A DNA stretch of 64,000 nucleotides from a bacterium (lineage in GTDB: Bacteria; UBA8248; JACPRG01; G963555815): NCBI GenBank assembly GCA_965218795.1, contig OZ244653.1:2528001-2592000 (forward strand), read 5' to 3'. The notes below the pieces were generated by a model. It did not search any database. It was given only the letters and a program-made list of their open reading frames with translations, and was not told the origin of the DNA. This document shows, in pieces, positions 20,259 to 30,784 of the stretch; within the stretch, counting starts at the first letter, position 1, and each line of letters starts with the position of its first letter. A program made the position numbers and the translations under genes.

Positions 20259-21501
20259 TTATTTGCAATTCTTGCAAGGAGGGAAATCACGGGAATAGGG
20301 CGGGCTCTTCATGTATTCGCAAGGGTTGAAGGTCCAGAACTGGCTGACATTCGGGATGGAGTCAATCACCTCGTTGTCGAGTCCCTTCCCAGCTTTTTTC
20401 TTCACGACCTTTCTGATGTAAATCGTTTCGATTGGGTTGTTGTACTTGTCCAGACGGAGGGGGGAGCGCGGCGCGTCCCGCAAATCCACGGACTTCACCG
20501 CATCGATGAACTTGAGCTTGTCGGTCGGCAGGCCCGTTTTCTTCAGCGCGCGATCGAGCCAGAGGGCAGCCGTATACATCCCTTCCGCGTAATAAGAGGG
20601 GTCCTTCTGATAACGGGTACGAAATGCCTGGACGAATTTCTTGTTTTCCGGCCGCTTGAGGGTGGCCGCGTAGGAATGGGAGGTCAGAACGCCCATGGCT
20701 TCGCTGCCCATGTGCTTCAGGACGTCCTCGTCCGTCATGATGTTGGCACCGACTGATTGGAATCTTTGCCTTCAAGCCAAAGTCCTGATATGCCTTGAAG
20801 AATTTCGGGATGTGTGACCCCACCAGCAGACCAAAGACGGCGTCCACGTCCCGGCGGATCTGGCTGACGTAGGGCCCGTGGTCGGCGGCGTTCAGCGGAA
20901 CCCAGATCTTCTGAACCACCTTTCCGCCGGCCTCCTCGAACGTGCGCTGGAACCCGCCTACGCTTTCCCAACCGAAGGCGTAATCCTGACCCACTGTGAC
21001 CATTTTGCGGTAGCCCAGCTTCTTGTAGGCGTACTCACCAAAGGGGTGGTTGGTTTGGCTGCTCGTCCAGATCATGCGGACGATGTAGGGGCTCCGCTTG
21101 CGCTGCGTGAGGTCGTCGGCCGCCACGATGGGGAGAAAGAGAGGCACTTTGTTCTTGTGTGCGTAGCTCCGGACGGCGTAGCCCTCGAACGCCAGCAGAT
21201 AGCCAACCACAAAGTGCACCTTGTCGTTCTCGACAATCTTGCGCATCTTGGTGATGGCGTTCTGGGGTTTCGCTTCGGTGTCCTCCACGAAGAGCTTCAC
21301 CTTCATGCCGCCCAGCTTTCCGCCGGTCTGCTCCAGATACAGCTTGAAGCCCTCTACCATCTCCTGGGCGCTTTCCGCGACAAAGCCTGTAAGCGGTACC
21401 GGCAGACCGACCCGAAGTTCTTGCGCCGCCGCGGGTCCCGACACACCCGGCTAGGCACACAAGATAAATAGAGCGGCAAAAGTCATCATGATTCTTCGCA
21501 T
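20259..21501 (-). pseudogene. Liv-type ABC substrate-binding protein, disrupted
   Basis: MRRIMMTFAALFILCA, then in-frame TAG at 21451-21453, then PGVSGPAAAQELRVG. A frameshift near 20753 joins ORFs 20362-21444 and 20259-20738. Confidence 0.88.
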
Positions 21502-21575
21502 GGTTCGACCTCCCTCTTGTGCTCGTTCATTTGACTCATCAACCCACATCCTAACTGCCACAAGCCACTTTCTCT

Positions 21576-21974
21576 TTAGCTGTAATGGCCCTGGCCGATG
21601 ACAACTCCCGTTTCCATCATCGGGGCGTCGATCCGATTGTATTTGACGTTGTGATCCACCCCGGCCGGGATCCAGATCGCGGTGGTTTTCGTGAAGATGT
21701 AAAGCTCGTCGTTCAGAGGAACTTCGACTTCAAAAGACCCCTCTCCGCCGGCGAACATCAGGAGTTGCGGCTTGGGGTGGTGATGGATCTCGCAGGTTGG
21801 GTTCGGGTTGGGCAGCCCGGTTCTCCAGAAGATGTCGCAAAAGGCCTCGGCTTCAGGAACCAGCTCCGAGCTCATGTAGATTCGGAAAGGTTCCTCTTTC
21901 GGTTCTCCGTGATACAGGTATTCGGTGATGATCTTGGGTTCCGTGACAATGTATTTTTCATACTTGCGCGCCAC
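21576..21974 (-). CDS. Cupin-like hypothetical protein
   Basis: GGAG RBS before GTG; HHH...F.G and IWIPAGVDH cupin-like motifs. Confidence 0.7.
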   Translation of the reverse strand: MARKYEKYIVTEPKIITEYLYHGEPKEEPFRIYMSSELVPEAEAFCDIFWRTGLPNPNPTCEIHHHPKPQLLMFAGGEGSFEVEVPLNDELYIFTKTTAIWIPAGVDHNVKYNRIDAPMMETGVVIGQGHYS

Positions 21975-22100
21975 CGTTCACAGCTCCTCATCAAGAGTGG
22001 AAGAAAAGGGATTTTTTCGATTCAAGTCCCCTTCATGAAAGCGAGACATCCTCAGACGATTGCCCTCGTTTCAATGTAATGAAGACACCCGGTGACAATG

Positions 22101-22504
22101 TCATTCCACAACTGCAATCGCTTCGATTTCCACGAGGAATCTTGGGTCTGCAAGTCCTTGAAGGACGCAAAGGGTATTGGCCGGGGGATGATTTTTGAAG
22201 CGCCTCCCCACGAGACCGCGCCCCTTTTGGGCATCCTCTTGCTTGACCACGTAGGTGGTCAGCTTGATAACGTCGTCAAAGGCCGCGCCCGCCTCTGCAA
22301 GGGCATCCCGAAGGTTGGACATGACCGACTCCCCCCGGGCCTCGAAACCTCCTTCTCCGACAAGGTTTCTCTTTGCGTCACCCGCAACCTGTCCTGCGCA
22401 AAAGACGATTCGCTGTGCGCCTTCTACAACGATGCGGTGGGAGTAGGCGCTGAACGGCGTGTGAAGGGTCTTCGGTTGAAGAATTGTCTTCTAGATGGGG
22501 TCAC
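22101..22504 (-). pseudogene. RidA/YjgF/UK114 family protein with a frameshift near the start
   Basis: GTG...FFN, a one-base loss at about 22474, then PKTLHTPFSAYSH...FCAGQV...NL...DVIKLTTY...LVEIEAIA. Confidence 0.85.
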
Positions 22505-22768
22505 CTCTCTCGAAGATTAGCGTGAGGCAGCCGTTTGGTCTGCCGGAGAGTTTTTCAAGCGTATCAATCCAAATTTCTCATTTCCACTCGGGACAGACGC
22601 TGGACCCACAACTCATTCTCATTTGGAATCATTAGACTGTTCTCTACCGAACCTGTCAACTCCATGCTTACCGGTCTTTTCCGGGTCCGTTCCCTCCGCG
22701 CCGGCGGTTTGCACGGCGCCACGGAAATGGTCCAATATTATGGGTGGATTACATCCCTGAAACGATTG

Positions 22769-25270
22769 ATGAGGCTCCCGATGGTTTATGGACTCCGCGC
22801 CGATACGGTCTTTCGCGCGGTCATTGCGGCGATGATGGTCATGACGGCGGCGCACGCGACGGCGCAAGACGAGGCGGCCGACAGGGTTCCGTCGGTGGCG
22901 AGCCGCATTCCCCGCGCCACAGCGGAGGCGCCGCGTCCCGTCGCCGTGATCGACCGGCAGGATATCGAGATGTCGGGCATAACGAATGTCCGGAGACTGC
23001 TGCTGAGACGGGCGGTCTTTAACAGCTTCGGTCTCTACCGGCCGCTCGTCCTCGGAACCGGCCGGGCCGCGGTTCTCGTCAACGGGCGCCGCATCGCCGA
23101 CTCGACCCTCGATCTCGACACACTCCCCATCTCGGCCGTCGAACGCGTCGAGATCCTGGGTGACAGCGCCGCCGTCCTGCACGGCGGGCACGCCATCGCC
23201 GGCGCGATCAACATCGTGCTCAGGCGCGGTTACAAGGGCGTCGAGGTCCAGGTGAGCGGCGACCGACCGACCCAGCGGGGCGGCGATTCCGAACATGCGA
23301 GCGCCGTCTGGGGCGGTGCGCTCGGGCGCGGCCGTCTGACGATTGGTTTGGACCACTTCCGGCGGCAGGAGATCCGCGACGCCGACCGGGACTACAGCCG
23401 CGCCAAGTGGACGCCGGGTGGCCCGTTCTCCGAGACGCAGGGCGTCTCGGTCGGCGGCAACACGGTCTTCATCCGCACCGGTGCCGCCTCCTCGGTCGCG
23501 CGTCCCCTCGGCGACTGCAGAGAAAGCGTTTACACCGGCGTGCTCACCAATCCTTACGGTATCTCCGGAACGGGCTGCGGCTTCGCCTACGCCGATATCG
23601 CATGGCACTGGGAGCGAGTTGAGCGGAACGGCTTGTTCCTCAACGCCGATCACCCGCTCGGAGACAGCGTGGATATATATTTCGACGCCCGGGCCGCGCG
23701 GACCAACACCGCGTTTCGGTATGCTCCCTCGGTAGGCACCTTCGCCTTCACGAATACGCTCAACCAAAGACAGATCGTGGCCCACCGATTCGTCGGCCAC
23801 GGCAATCGCGACTGGCGGACGGAGCTGAAAGAATACGATCTCACGCTCGGCCTTCGGGGCCGGTTCGGCGACGGCATCGGCTATGACGCGCATCTCCGGT
23901 ACTATCGGCACGACGCCCTTGAGACCGGCGATACCTTCGTGAGCGAGAGCGCGATTCAGAAAGCCATCACCGATGGCCGCTATGACGTCGAAAACCCGTT
24001 TTCGACGGCTCCCGATCATCGGGCGGCGATTCGGGAAACCGGCCTCCACCTCAGCCGCGACCAGGTCACGGACCACAAGACGGCGCGCGCTTCGTTCGAC
24101 GGCGCGGCGTTCGCGTTCCGCGGCAACGATGTCCGCTGGGCCGCGGGCGCCGAGGTCGCGAACGAGGACTGGCGGGATATCTACGATTACCGGGACGTCG
24201 ACAACCGTTCCTACGAAGCGGGCGACGTGCTCGGGTCCGCCGGCAATTCAGCCTCCGGCCAGCGCCAGCGCTGGGCGGCATTCGCGGAAGTCTCCGTCCC
24301 GTTGCTCGACGATTGGGACCTCACCCTCGCCGGGCGGCGCGACGACTACGACGACGTGGGTGCGGCGTTCTCCCATCAGATCGCGAGCCGGTACCGGCTG
24401 AGCCGCAACCTCGCGCTCCGCGCGTCCTGGAGCGCGGGCGCCAGGGCCCCCAGCCTGCGCGCCCTGCACGCGCTCGAAACGCTCGACTATCCCTTCATTT
24501 GCGATACGAGCAATCTCGTCGGGACGCTCGCAGACTGCGACGAACTCCAGGTGCCGCGCGCGAGCGTCGGGAACCCGGACCTGAAACCGGACGAGGCAGA
24601 GAGTTTCAACTTGGGCGCCACGGCGAGCCTGGGATCTTTTTCCCTCAGCGTGGACTGGTTCCAGATCGAGCTCTCCGACGTGCCGCGCGAGTTGTCCGCG
24701 CAGGCCATCATCGATCTGGAAGCGGAAGGGAAGTTGCCGCCCAGAGCGCAGGTCGTGCGCGATGGCGGCGTGATCGCACGGATCGATAGCCCGTTGTACA
24801 ACAGCGGGGAAGTCGACGTTGCGGGTCTCGACTTTCGGGCCCGCGCCGGCTGGGAAACCGATTGGGTGGATATGACCCTCGACGCCAATTGGTCGCGCCT
24901 GACCCGGTACGAAAGCCGTGTGGCCGGTAGGAAGGACCCGGGCGACTATCCGCGCGACCGCGTCCATACGTCGCTTCGCGCGACCCGGGGCCGCGTCACC
25001 GCGAACTGGAGCGTCCACGCGGTCTCGGGCTATCGGAACGTATTGAGAACCGCCCGCTACAAGGCGTGGGTGGGGCACGATATCACGCTCCGCTATCGCT
25101 ACGCGTTCGGATACGGTGGGCTGGAATTTGTCGGCGGCGTCCTCAACGTCGGCGATCGCGGCCCGTCCACCGACCCCACCGCCCCCGGCCTGGAGAGCGC
25201 GGCCTTGACGCTCGATTCCTCCCTGGGACGCACGGTGTTCCTGACCGCCAAGTTCTCGTTCCGTTTGTGA
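22769..25270 (+). CDS. TonB-dependent receptor (start uncertain)
   Basis: Signal-like AAHATAQ; SRI...PVAVIDR; VLVNGRR, IERVE-like AVERVEIL and AIAGAINI plug motifs; GNPDLKP; aromatic C-terminal strand. Confidence 0.9.
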   Translation: MRLPMVYGLRADTVFRAVIAAMMVMTAAHATAQDEAADRVPSVASRIPRATAEAPRPVAVIDRQDIEMSGITNVRRLLLRRAVFNSFGLYRPLVLGTGRAAVLVNGRRIADSTLDLDTLPISAVERVEILGDSAAVLHGGHAIAGAINIVLRRGYKGVEVQVSGDRPTQRGGDSEHASAVWGGALGRGRLTIGLDHFRRQEIRDADRDYSRAKWTPGGPFSETQGVSVGGNTVFIRTGAASSVARPLGDCRESVYTGVLTNPYGISGTGCGFAYADIAWHWERVERNGLFLNADHPLGDSVDIYFDARAARTNTAFRYAPSVGTFAFTNTLNQRQIVAHRFVGHGNRDWRTELKEYDLTLGLRGRFGDGIGYDAHLRYYRHDALETGDTFVSESAIQKAITDGRYDVENPFSTAPDHRAAIRETGLHLSRDQVTDHKTARASFDGAAFAFRGNDVRWAAGAEVANEDWRDIYDYRDVDNRSYEAGDVLGSAGNSASGQRQRWAAFAEVSVPLLDDWDLTLAGRRDDYDDVGAAFSHQIASRYRLSRNLALRASWSAGARAPSLRALHALETLDYPFICDTSNLVGTLADCDELQVPRASVGNPDLKPDEAESFNLGATASLGSFSLSVDWFQIELSDVPRELSAQAIIDLEAEGKLPPRAQVVRDGGVIARIDSPLYNSGEVDVAGLDFRARAGWETDWVDMTLDANWSRLTRYESRVAGRKDPGDYPRDRVHTSLRATRGRVTANWSVHAVSGYRNVLRTARYKAWVGHDITLRYRYAFGYGGLEFVGGVLNVGDRGPSTDPTAPGLESAALTLDSSLGRTVFLTAKFSFRL

Positions 25271-25669
25271 AGCAGGGCCGCGTGTCGCCAGCCGGCGCCT
25301 TCGCGCTGAACTGGACATCGGCGGAGGCCGGCTCGGGGCATCCGGTGGCGGAATGGGTCGACAGGGCCGCGTTCGTGTGCTCTGGAATTGCGGCGATTCG
25401 CTTACGATATGCTTACGACCGACCGGGTGCGGCCGGCGGGTTGGGAACCCGGCAATCGTCGAAAACAGGCTCCGCAAGATCGGTGCCCCGCCGCCCCATC
25501 TTCTTGAACTGGCTGCCCACGCTGAATGTAGCGGGGGGTTGTTTTTGCCGTCCCCCTACACACGACGCTCGTAGCCTATTAGAGATAACTCTTCGGATTC
25601 AGTGGCACGGGGCTGGCGCGCCTCCCTCCGTGACTTTTGCATCTCAAGACCTCTGCATCAGTGAGTCCG

Positions 25670-25905
25670 AATTTTTGGGAATGATACGCTTGACGAGCCA
25701 GGCTTTTTTCTGGATTCCCGCTTCCGCGGGAATGACAGGCTGTTGTGCGTGGATCTCATTTGTCATTCCCGCGCAAGCAGGGATCCACCTCGAGGGAGAA
25801 ATGGACTTACGCGGCGCCTGACGGTCTCGAGGCGAGGTACGGGTCCACGGGAATCTCCGGAGAATGATACCCCTGGCAGGTCAAGCGTATCATCCCCGAA
25901 TTTTT
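25670..25905. repeat. Nested inverted-repeat element (REP pair inside ~30-bp imperfect terminal IRs)
   Basis: Outer GGGAATGATACGCTTGACGAGCCAGG / CCTGGCAGGTCAAGCGTATCATCCCC. Inner TGGATTCCCGCTTCCGCGGGAATGACA (25711-25737) / TGTCATTCCCGCGCAAGCAGGGATCCA (25761-25787). Confidence 0.85.
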
Positions 25906-26078
25906 CAAACCGAAAGAATCAAAATGATCCTTTACCCGCGTTTTTCGCTGGTGTCTGAGACGGGCTCCTTTTGTATATACTGGACCATCCACGATGATGT
26001 CCCCGGGCGTTATGGGGTCCGACCCGATTCCCGCCGTTACGGAGCAACCCTTGCGCTTCCCCGAAAGGATGACGACCG

Positions 26079-27110
26079 ATGAAGGAAAGCGACCTCTGGC
26101 CGCTGTTGCGCTCCTATTGGCATCCGGTCGCGCTGTCCGCCGACCTGAAGGATGAGAAGCCGCTCGCCGTTCATCTGCTGAATGAGCGTCTGGCGGTCTG
26201 CCGGCTCGGGGGGCGGGTGAAGGCCTATCACGATCTCTGCATCCACCGGGGGACGCCCCTGTCGCTGGGCTGGGTGGAAGGTGAGAACCTTGTCTGCGCC
26301 TACCACGGATGGGCCTATAACGGCGACGGGAAGTGCGTCCGCATCCCGTCGATCCCGACGGAGCACCCGATCCCCAAGAAGGCCTGTCTGACGCCCTTCC
26401 CGGCCCGGGAACAATACGGTCTGGTCTGGGTCTGCCTTTCGGATGAACCCGTCCACCCCATCCCCGACTTTCCGGAATACGACGATCCCGAATACCGGCT
26501 CTTCATGATCCAGAGGAAACGGTGGAAGGGCGGCGCGGCGCGCGTCATGGAGAACTTTGTGGACCTGGGGCACTTTGCGTGGATCCACGACGGCATCCTC
26601 GGGGACCGGTCACAGCCCATCACTCCGGAGGTTCACATGCACCGGGAAGGAGAGATGTTGCGATTCTGGTTCGACAACATCCCGGACAAGACCGCCCCGT
26701 TTATCCATCGCCGCAGCTACCGCCTCTACGCGCCTTGGACACTCCACATGCGAAAGGAAGAAGACCGGGGCAAGGCCAAGGTGTTCCTCGCTCCGCACAC
26801 GGCTCACTCGTCCAATGAGACGACGGAATACATGGTCGTTGTCCGAAATTATGATTTGGACGCTGCGGACGTCGTTCATGGGCCGGTGATCATCAAGGAC
26901 AAGGAGATTCAGGCCGAGGTGATGGATGATTCCGTCGAGGACCTCTTCCAACTCCATGACCTCCTCTTCGAGCAGGATTTCGAGATCGTCGAAAAGCAGC
27001 GGCCCGAGGAGCTCCCACTCGACTTGGCGGAGGAGCTTCACATCAAAGGCCCTGACGCCATCGCCCTGGCCTATCGGCGCATGCTGGGAGAACTGGGCGT
27101 GGAGACGTGA
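26079..27110 (+). CDS. Rieske non-heme iron oxygenase, VanA-like, copy C
   Basis: CIHRG, CAYHGW, ENFVDLGHFAWIH and QRPEELPLDLAEELHIKGPD; paralog of the genes at 1770 and 2805. Confidence 0.93.
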   Translation: MKESDLWPLLRSYWHPVALSADLKDEKPLAVHLLNERLAVCRLGGRVKAYHDLCIHRGTPLSLGWVEGENLVCAYHGWAYNGDGKCVRIPSIPTEHPIPKKACLTPFPAREQYGLVWVCLSDEPVHPIPDFPEYDDPEYRLFMIQRKRWKGGAARVMENFVDLGHFAWIHDGILGDRSQPITPEVHMHREGEMLRFWFDNIPDKTAPFIHRRSYRLYAPWTLHMRKEEDRGKAKVFLAPHTAHSSNETTEYMVVVRNYDLDAADVVHGPVIIKDKEIQAEVMDDSVEDLFQLHDLLFEQDFEIVEKQRPEELPLDLAEELHIKGPDAIALAYRRMLGELGVET

Positions 27111-27252
27111 GGACGACCGGTTTCCCGGGTGATGAAGAGAAGCTATTCTTCAAGGGGAAGTTGATACGGAGAAAACTCTCATCCGCGAAATGGCCGGCGC
27201 GCAAGTGCCCAAAAGGCGCCCCGGCATCTAATCCGAAAACAGAGAGGTGCGC

Positions 27253-28005
27253 ATGACGCTCCAAGGGAAAACCGCCATTGTGACGGGGGCCGCATCGGGT
27301 ATCGGCCGGTCGACGGCCATCCGGTTCGCGCAGGAGGGGGCCAACCTGACCATCGTCGACATGGACGGACCGGGATTGGCGACGGCCGCGGCGGAATGCG
27401 AGCAGGCCGGCGCCAAGGTGCTGGCCGTTGAGAAAAATGCGGCCGATTTTGATGAAATGGATCGGTTCGTGACCGAAACCAATAAGACCTATGGCGGGAT
27501 CGACATCCTCGTCAATACCATCGTCTTCCGCATCCGAAGTCCTTTTCTGGAGGTGAAGCCCGAGGATTTCCGGCGGGTTCTCGAGGTCAACGTCACGAGC
27601 TATTACTTCCTGACGCAGAAGGTCGTCCCCTCTATGATCGAACGGGGCGGAGGCAGCATCGTCCATATTGCTTCGCAGCTCGGCTACGTCGCCATCCCCG
27701 ATTATTCTCCGTACTGCACGTCGAAGGGGGCCATCCTCAACATGACCCGCGCGCTCTCCTATGAACTGGCCGACCGGAACATCCGGGTGAACTCCGTCGC
27801 GCCCGGGCCCACGGACACTCCGGGGATCAACAAAGGGTTTCAGGAAAACCCGCAAGCCCTCGAAAACCTGTTGGCGGACGTCCCGATGAACCGGCTCGGG
27901 AGGCCGGAGGAGATCGCGAACGTCTGCCTGTTTCTCGCCAGCTCCGCCGCCAGTTACATCACGGGCCATAACCTGGTGGCGGATGGAGGATACGTGACCC
28001 ACTGA
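27253..28005 (+). CDS. SDR family oxidoreductase
   Basis: TGAASGIG, YCTSK, NSVAPG and DGG motifs. Confidence 0.93.
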   Translation: MTLQGKTAIVTGAASGIGRSTAIRFAQEGANLTIVDMDGPGLATAAAECEQAGAKVLAVEKNAADFDEMDRFVTETNKTYGGIDILVNTIVFRIRSPFLEVKPEDFRRVLEVNVTSYYFLTQKVVPSMIERGGGSIVHIASQLGYVAIPDYSPYCTSKGAILNMTRALSYELADRNIRVNSVAPGPTDTPGINKGFQENPQALENLLADVPMNRLGRPEEIANVCLFLASSAASYITGHNLVADGGYVTH

Positions 28006-28045
28006 TTGGGCCCGGATGAGCAGAACCCGACGCTTGGAGGGAATC

Positions 28046-29263
28046 ATGGCCGATTCCGCATTCAATGAGGCATGGGCATCCCACACCTTCAGGGCATCCG
28101 ATTTCATGGAGGAGATCTGCGCGCTCGGGCCCCGCTTCATGGGTTCCGAGGGGGAGCGCAAGGCCCGCGAATACCTGTTGCGCGAGTTCAAGAATCAGGG
28201 TCTGGAAGAATGCGAAGCGGAGGCGATGGATTACCTCGGCTACCGGACCGAACGCGCGGCAATCCACGTCGCCTCCCCCGAAGCCTTCTCCATTCCCTGC
28301 GATGATTTGGGTCTGTCGGGGCTCACGCCCGAAGGGGGAATCGAGGCCGAGCTGGTTTACGCGGGTGAAGGAGAAGACGGTGATTACGCCGCACTTGCCA
28401 AAGGGGGGGGAGGCTGCATCGGAAAAATCGTGCTGGCCGACGCTTTCAAGTCCTACCAGGCCGTTCCCCGGGCGGAGGAAAACTGGGCCGTAGGTTTCAT
28501 CCTGGGGACCCGGCTGGAAGAGGAAGCCGTTCGGGTCGGAGTGACCAACCTGTCCGGCGTTCCGGGCAGGATCCCCGCCGCCGCCGTGGCTCCCTCACAA
28601 AGCCGGCGGCTGCAATCCCTCCTCGAAAACGGGCCCGTTCGTGTGCGGCTCGAGGTCACGGGCGAATACAGGGCTGATACGTCCCAGATCATCAGCGGGA
28701 CGGTCCCGGGGACCGAGACCCCCGAAGAAACCGTATTCGTTATTTCACATTTCGACAGTCACCGGATGGGTCCGCATGCGGCGGACAATGCGGCGGGGTG
28801 CGGGGCATTACTCGATGCAGCCGGATTCTTTCAGGGCGCTCGGCCTCGCCGGTCGATCCGGTTCCTCGGCTTCCCGGGCGAGGAGTTCGGTTTCCTGGGG
28901 GCCAGACGGTATGTTGCCCGTCACGCGCAGGAGATGAGCAGGGCGAAAGCGGTCGTCAACCTGGACGGCATGATCTGCTGCAAGGAGGGCCGAACCAACG
29001 CCGAATACACCGAAGAAACGCAGTCCCTGCTGGAACGGGTTGCGGAAGAGCACGGGATCCCGATAACCCAATGGTCCTGCCCGCCCCATGCTTACAGCGA
29101 CCACTATGAATTTCAGAAGGAGGGCGTTCCGGTCGTGTGGTTCTTCGAGTTGGACGATTATTATCACACCGAGCTGGATGTTCCGGAGAACATCGATAAC
29201 AACCGGTTTGAGAAACACACGAAGGCTTATGCGGACGTCATCTGGTCGCTCGCCCAGGACTGA
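28046..29263 (+). CDS. M28 family metallopeptidase/hydrolase with PA domain
   Basis: RFMGSEGE, SHFDS, ADNAAG, GEEFG, NLD, SDH and YHT..D motifs. Confidence 0.88.
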   Translation: MADSAFNEAWASHTFRASDFMEEICALGPRFMGSEGERKAREYLLREFKNQGLEECEAEAMDYLGYRTERAAIHVASPEAFSIPCDDLGLSGLTPEGGIEAELVYAGEGEDGDYAALAKGGGGCIGKIVLADAFKSYQAVPRAEENWAVGFILGTRLEEEAVRVGVTNLSGVPGRIPAAAVAPSQSRRLQSLLENGPVRVRLEVTGEYRADTSQIISGTVPGTETPEETVFVISHFDSHRMGPHAADNAAGCGALLDAAGFFQGARPRRSIRFLGFPGEEFGFLGARRYVARHAQEMSRAKAVVNLDGMICCKEGRTNAEYTEETQSLLERVAEEHGIPITQWSCPPHAYSDHYEFQKEGVPVVWFFELDDYYHTELDVPENIDNNRFEKHTKAYADVIWSLAQD

Positions 29264-29412
29264 TTTTCCCGGGCGTCCCGCAGATACGGAAGCCGCCGAT
29301 TGACCAACCCCCTTCGTCCGGCTCACGGGCGATGCGAAGGTCGTCCTTCCCGGTATCCGATTTCCCCGTAGACTTGATTCGGACTCCGAAAGAGCAGAAA
29401 GGGGTTACCGGC

Positions 29413-29830
29413 TCAGGGGGAAACGCTCCGGGAGAGCCTGGCCTCGGCTATGCGATCGCTCCCTTCAATCAAAGCGGCCGTCCGCATGTCCAGCCGATCT
29501 CTTTGGGAACGAAGAAGCGTCCGCTGGAATGCGCCGGTCAAAATTCTGTGTAAGCGTTCGTTGATCTCCTCCAGCGTCCACATGTAATTCTGGGTCCCCT
29601 GCACCGACTCAAAGCAGGAAACCGTCTTGATGGTGGTGGGGTGTTGGCGCCTTCGGCGACTATCTTGCACTGAATCCGCGGCGCGTTCTCCTCGGTGATC
29701 TGATTCTGGATGGCGGCCGGAACGAAAACGTTGCACGACAGCTCCAGCAACTCCTCGTTGGTCCCCTTCTCGCCCGTCGGATGAGTGTCCAGCGTCTTGT
29801 GCTCTTTGATGATGAGCGTCCGTGCATCTT
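29413..29830 (-). pseudogene. Glu/Leu/Phe/Val dehydrogenase C-terminal remnant
   Basis: [19 protein letters not shown]...VAEGAN.P, an internal deletion/frameshift, then VS.FE.VQ...W...DMRTAA. Confidence 0.85.
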
Positions 29831-30214
29831 TTTGAGCGATCGGGAAAAGGGACCGGGCAACTGAACCGCAGACAGGTTTTTCCTTATCATCTGTCCGAGA
29901 CCACCTACAACCCACCCCCAACTTCTTGAAAATGACGGACTTTTCCACTCCCCAGAATATGCAATGAGCGTACCAGGAACGATTGTGGATGAATTTTCAG
30001 GGGACTTACATATGAATGAAACGAAGATTGCTTTTTATCACCCGGTCTGTCAGCATACCGGGCAATTCTTTTCTTTCGTGCGGCGGGGAGTTGCGATGGG
30101 CTTGGTCTCTCCAGCCTTCAACGGCCGAATATCCCCTCTTGGGATGGACGCCTCAAGGATTTCTTCGGAATGCGAAAGAGGGCGGCACTCTCATCCCAGG
30201 AGGAAATTCTTGAA

Positions 30215-30733
30215 ATGAATTCACGACTCCAAAGGGTCGCGCAATGCTTGGCACTGTCCTCCTTCATCGTCTTCGCCGTTGCGGCGGCCCGGGCGGAAGT
30301 AGAATCAGACGTCGTCGCCGTGGGGAAAAAGGTTTCCTTCGAATATTCGGTGTCCGTTGAGGGCAAGAAAAATATCCTCGACAGCAACATTGGAAAGCCT
30401 CCCCTCACGTACACCCAGGGCTCCGGAAACGTCCTTCCGGCCCTGCAGACAGCCCTTCTTGGAATGAAAATCGGAGAAACAAGAGATGTCACATTAAAAT
30501 CCGAACAAGCTTATGGCGCCTTCGACCCGAAGGCGATCATCGAGGTCAAAAAGTCTCTCATCCCCGAAAATCTTCAAGAAAAGGGGCAGGAGTTGGTCGG
30601 CCCGGGGCCCTCGGGCGATGTTCGAAGGTTCAAGGTGCTCGAAATCAAAGAAAATACCATCGTCCTCGATTTCAACCACCCCCTTGCGGGCAAATCCATT
30701 ATGTTCAAGGTGAGAATTGTCAATATCGAGTGA
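30215..30733 (+). CDS. FKBP-type peptidyl-prolyl isomerase (SlyD/FkpB-like) with N-terminal signal peptide
   Basis: V..EY, G.G.VLPAL..AL.GM, AYG and LDFNHPLAGK motifs; hydrophobic leader ending ARA-E. Confidence 0.9.
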   Translation: MNSRLQRVAQCLALSSFIVFAVAAARAEVESDVVAVGKKVSFEYSVSVEGKKNILDSNIGKPPLTYTQGSGNVLPALQTALLGMKIGETRDVTLKSEQAYGAFDPKAIIEVKKSLIPENLQEKGQELVGPGPSGDVRRFKVLEIKENTIVLDFNHPLAGKSIMFKVRIVNIE

Positions 30734-30784
30734 ATTCAATTCCGAAAATTGCCGCCGATTCGATTCATGGTTAAGGAGTCGTCC

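Noticed and set aside
21451-21453. Amber codon as pyrrolysine or recoding
   Set aside because: It lies in a signal peptide, the gene also has a frameshift, no pyl genes are seen, and TAG ends other genes here normally.
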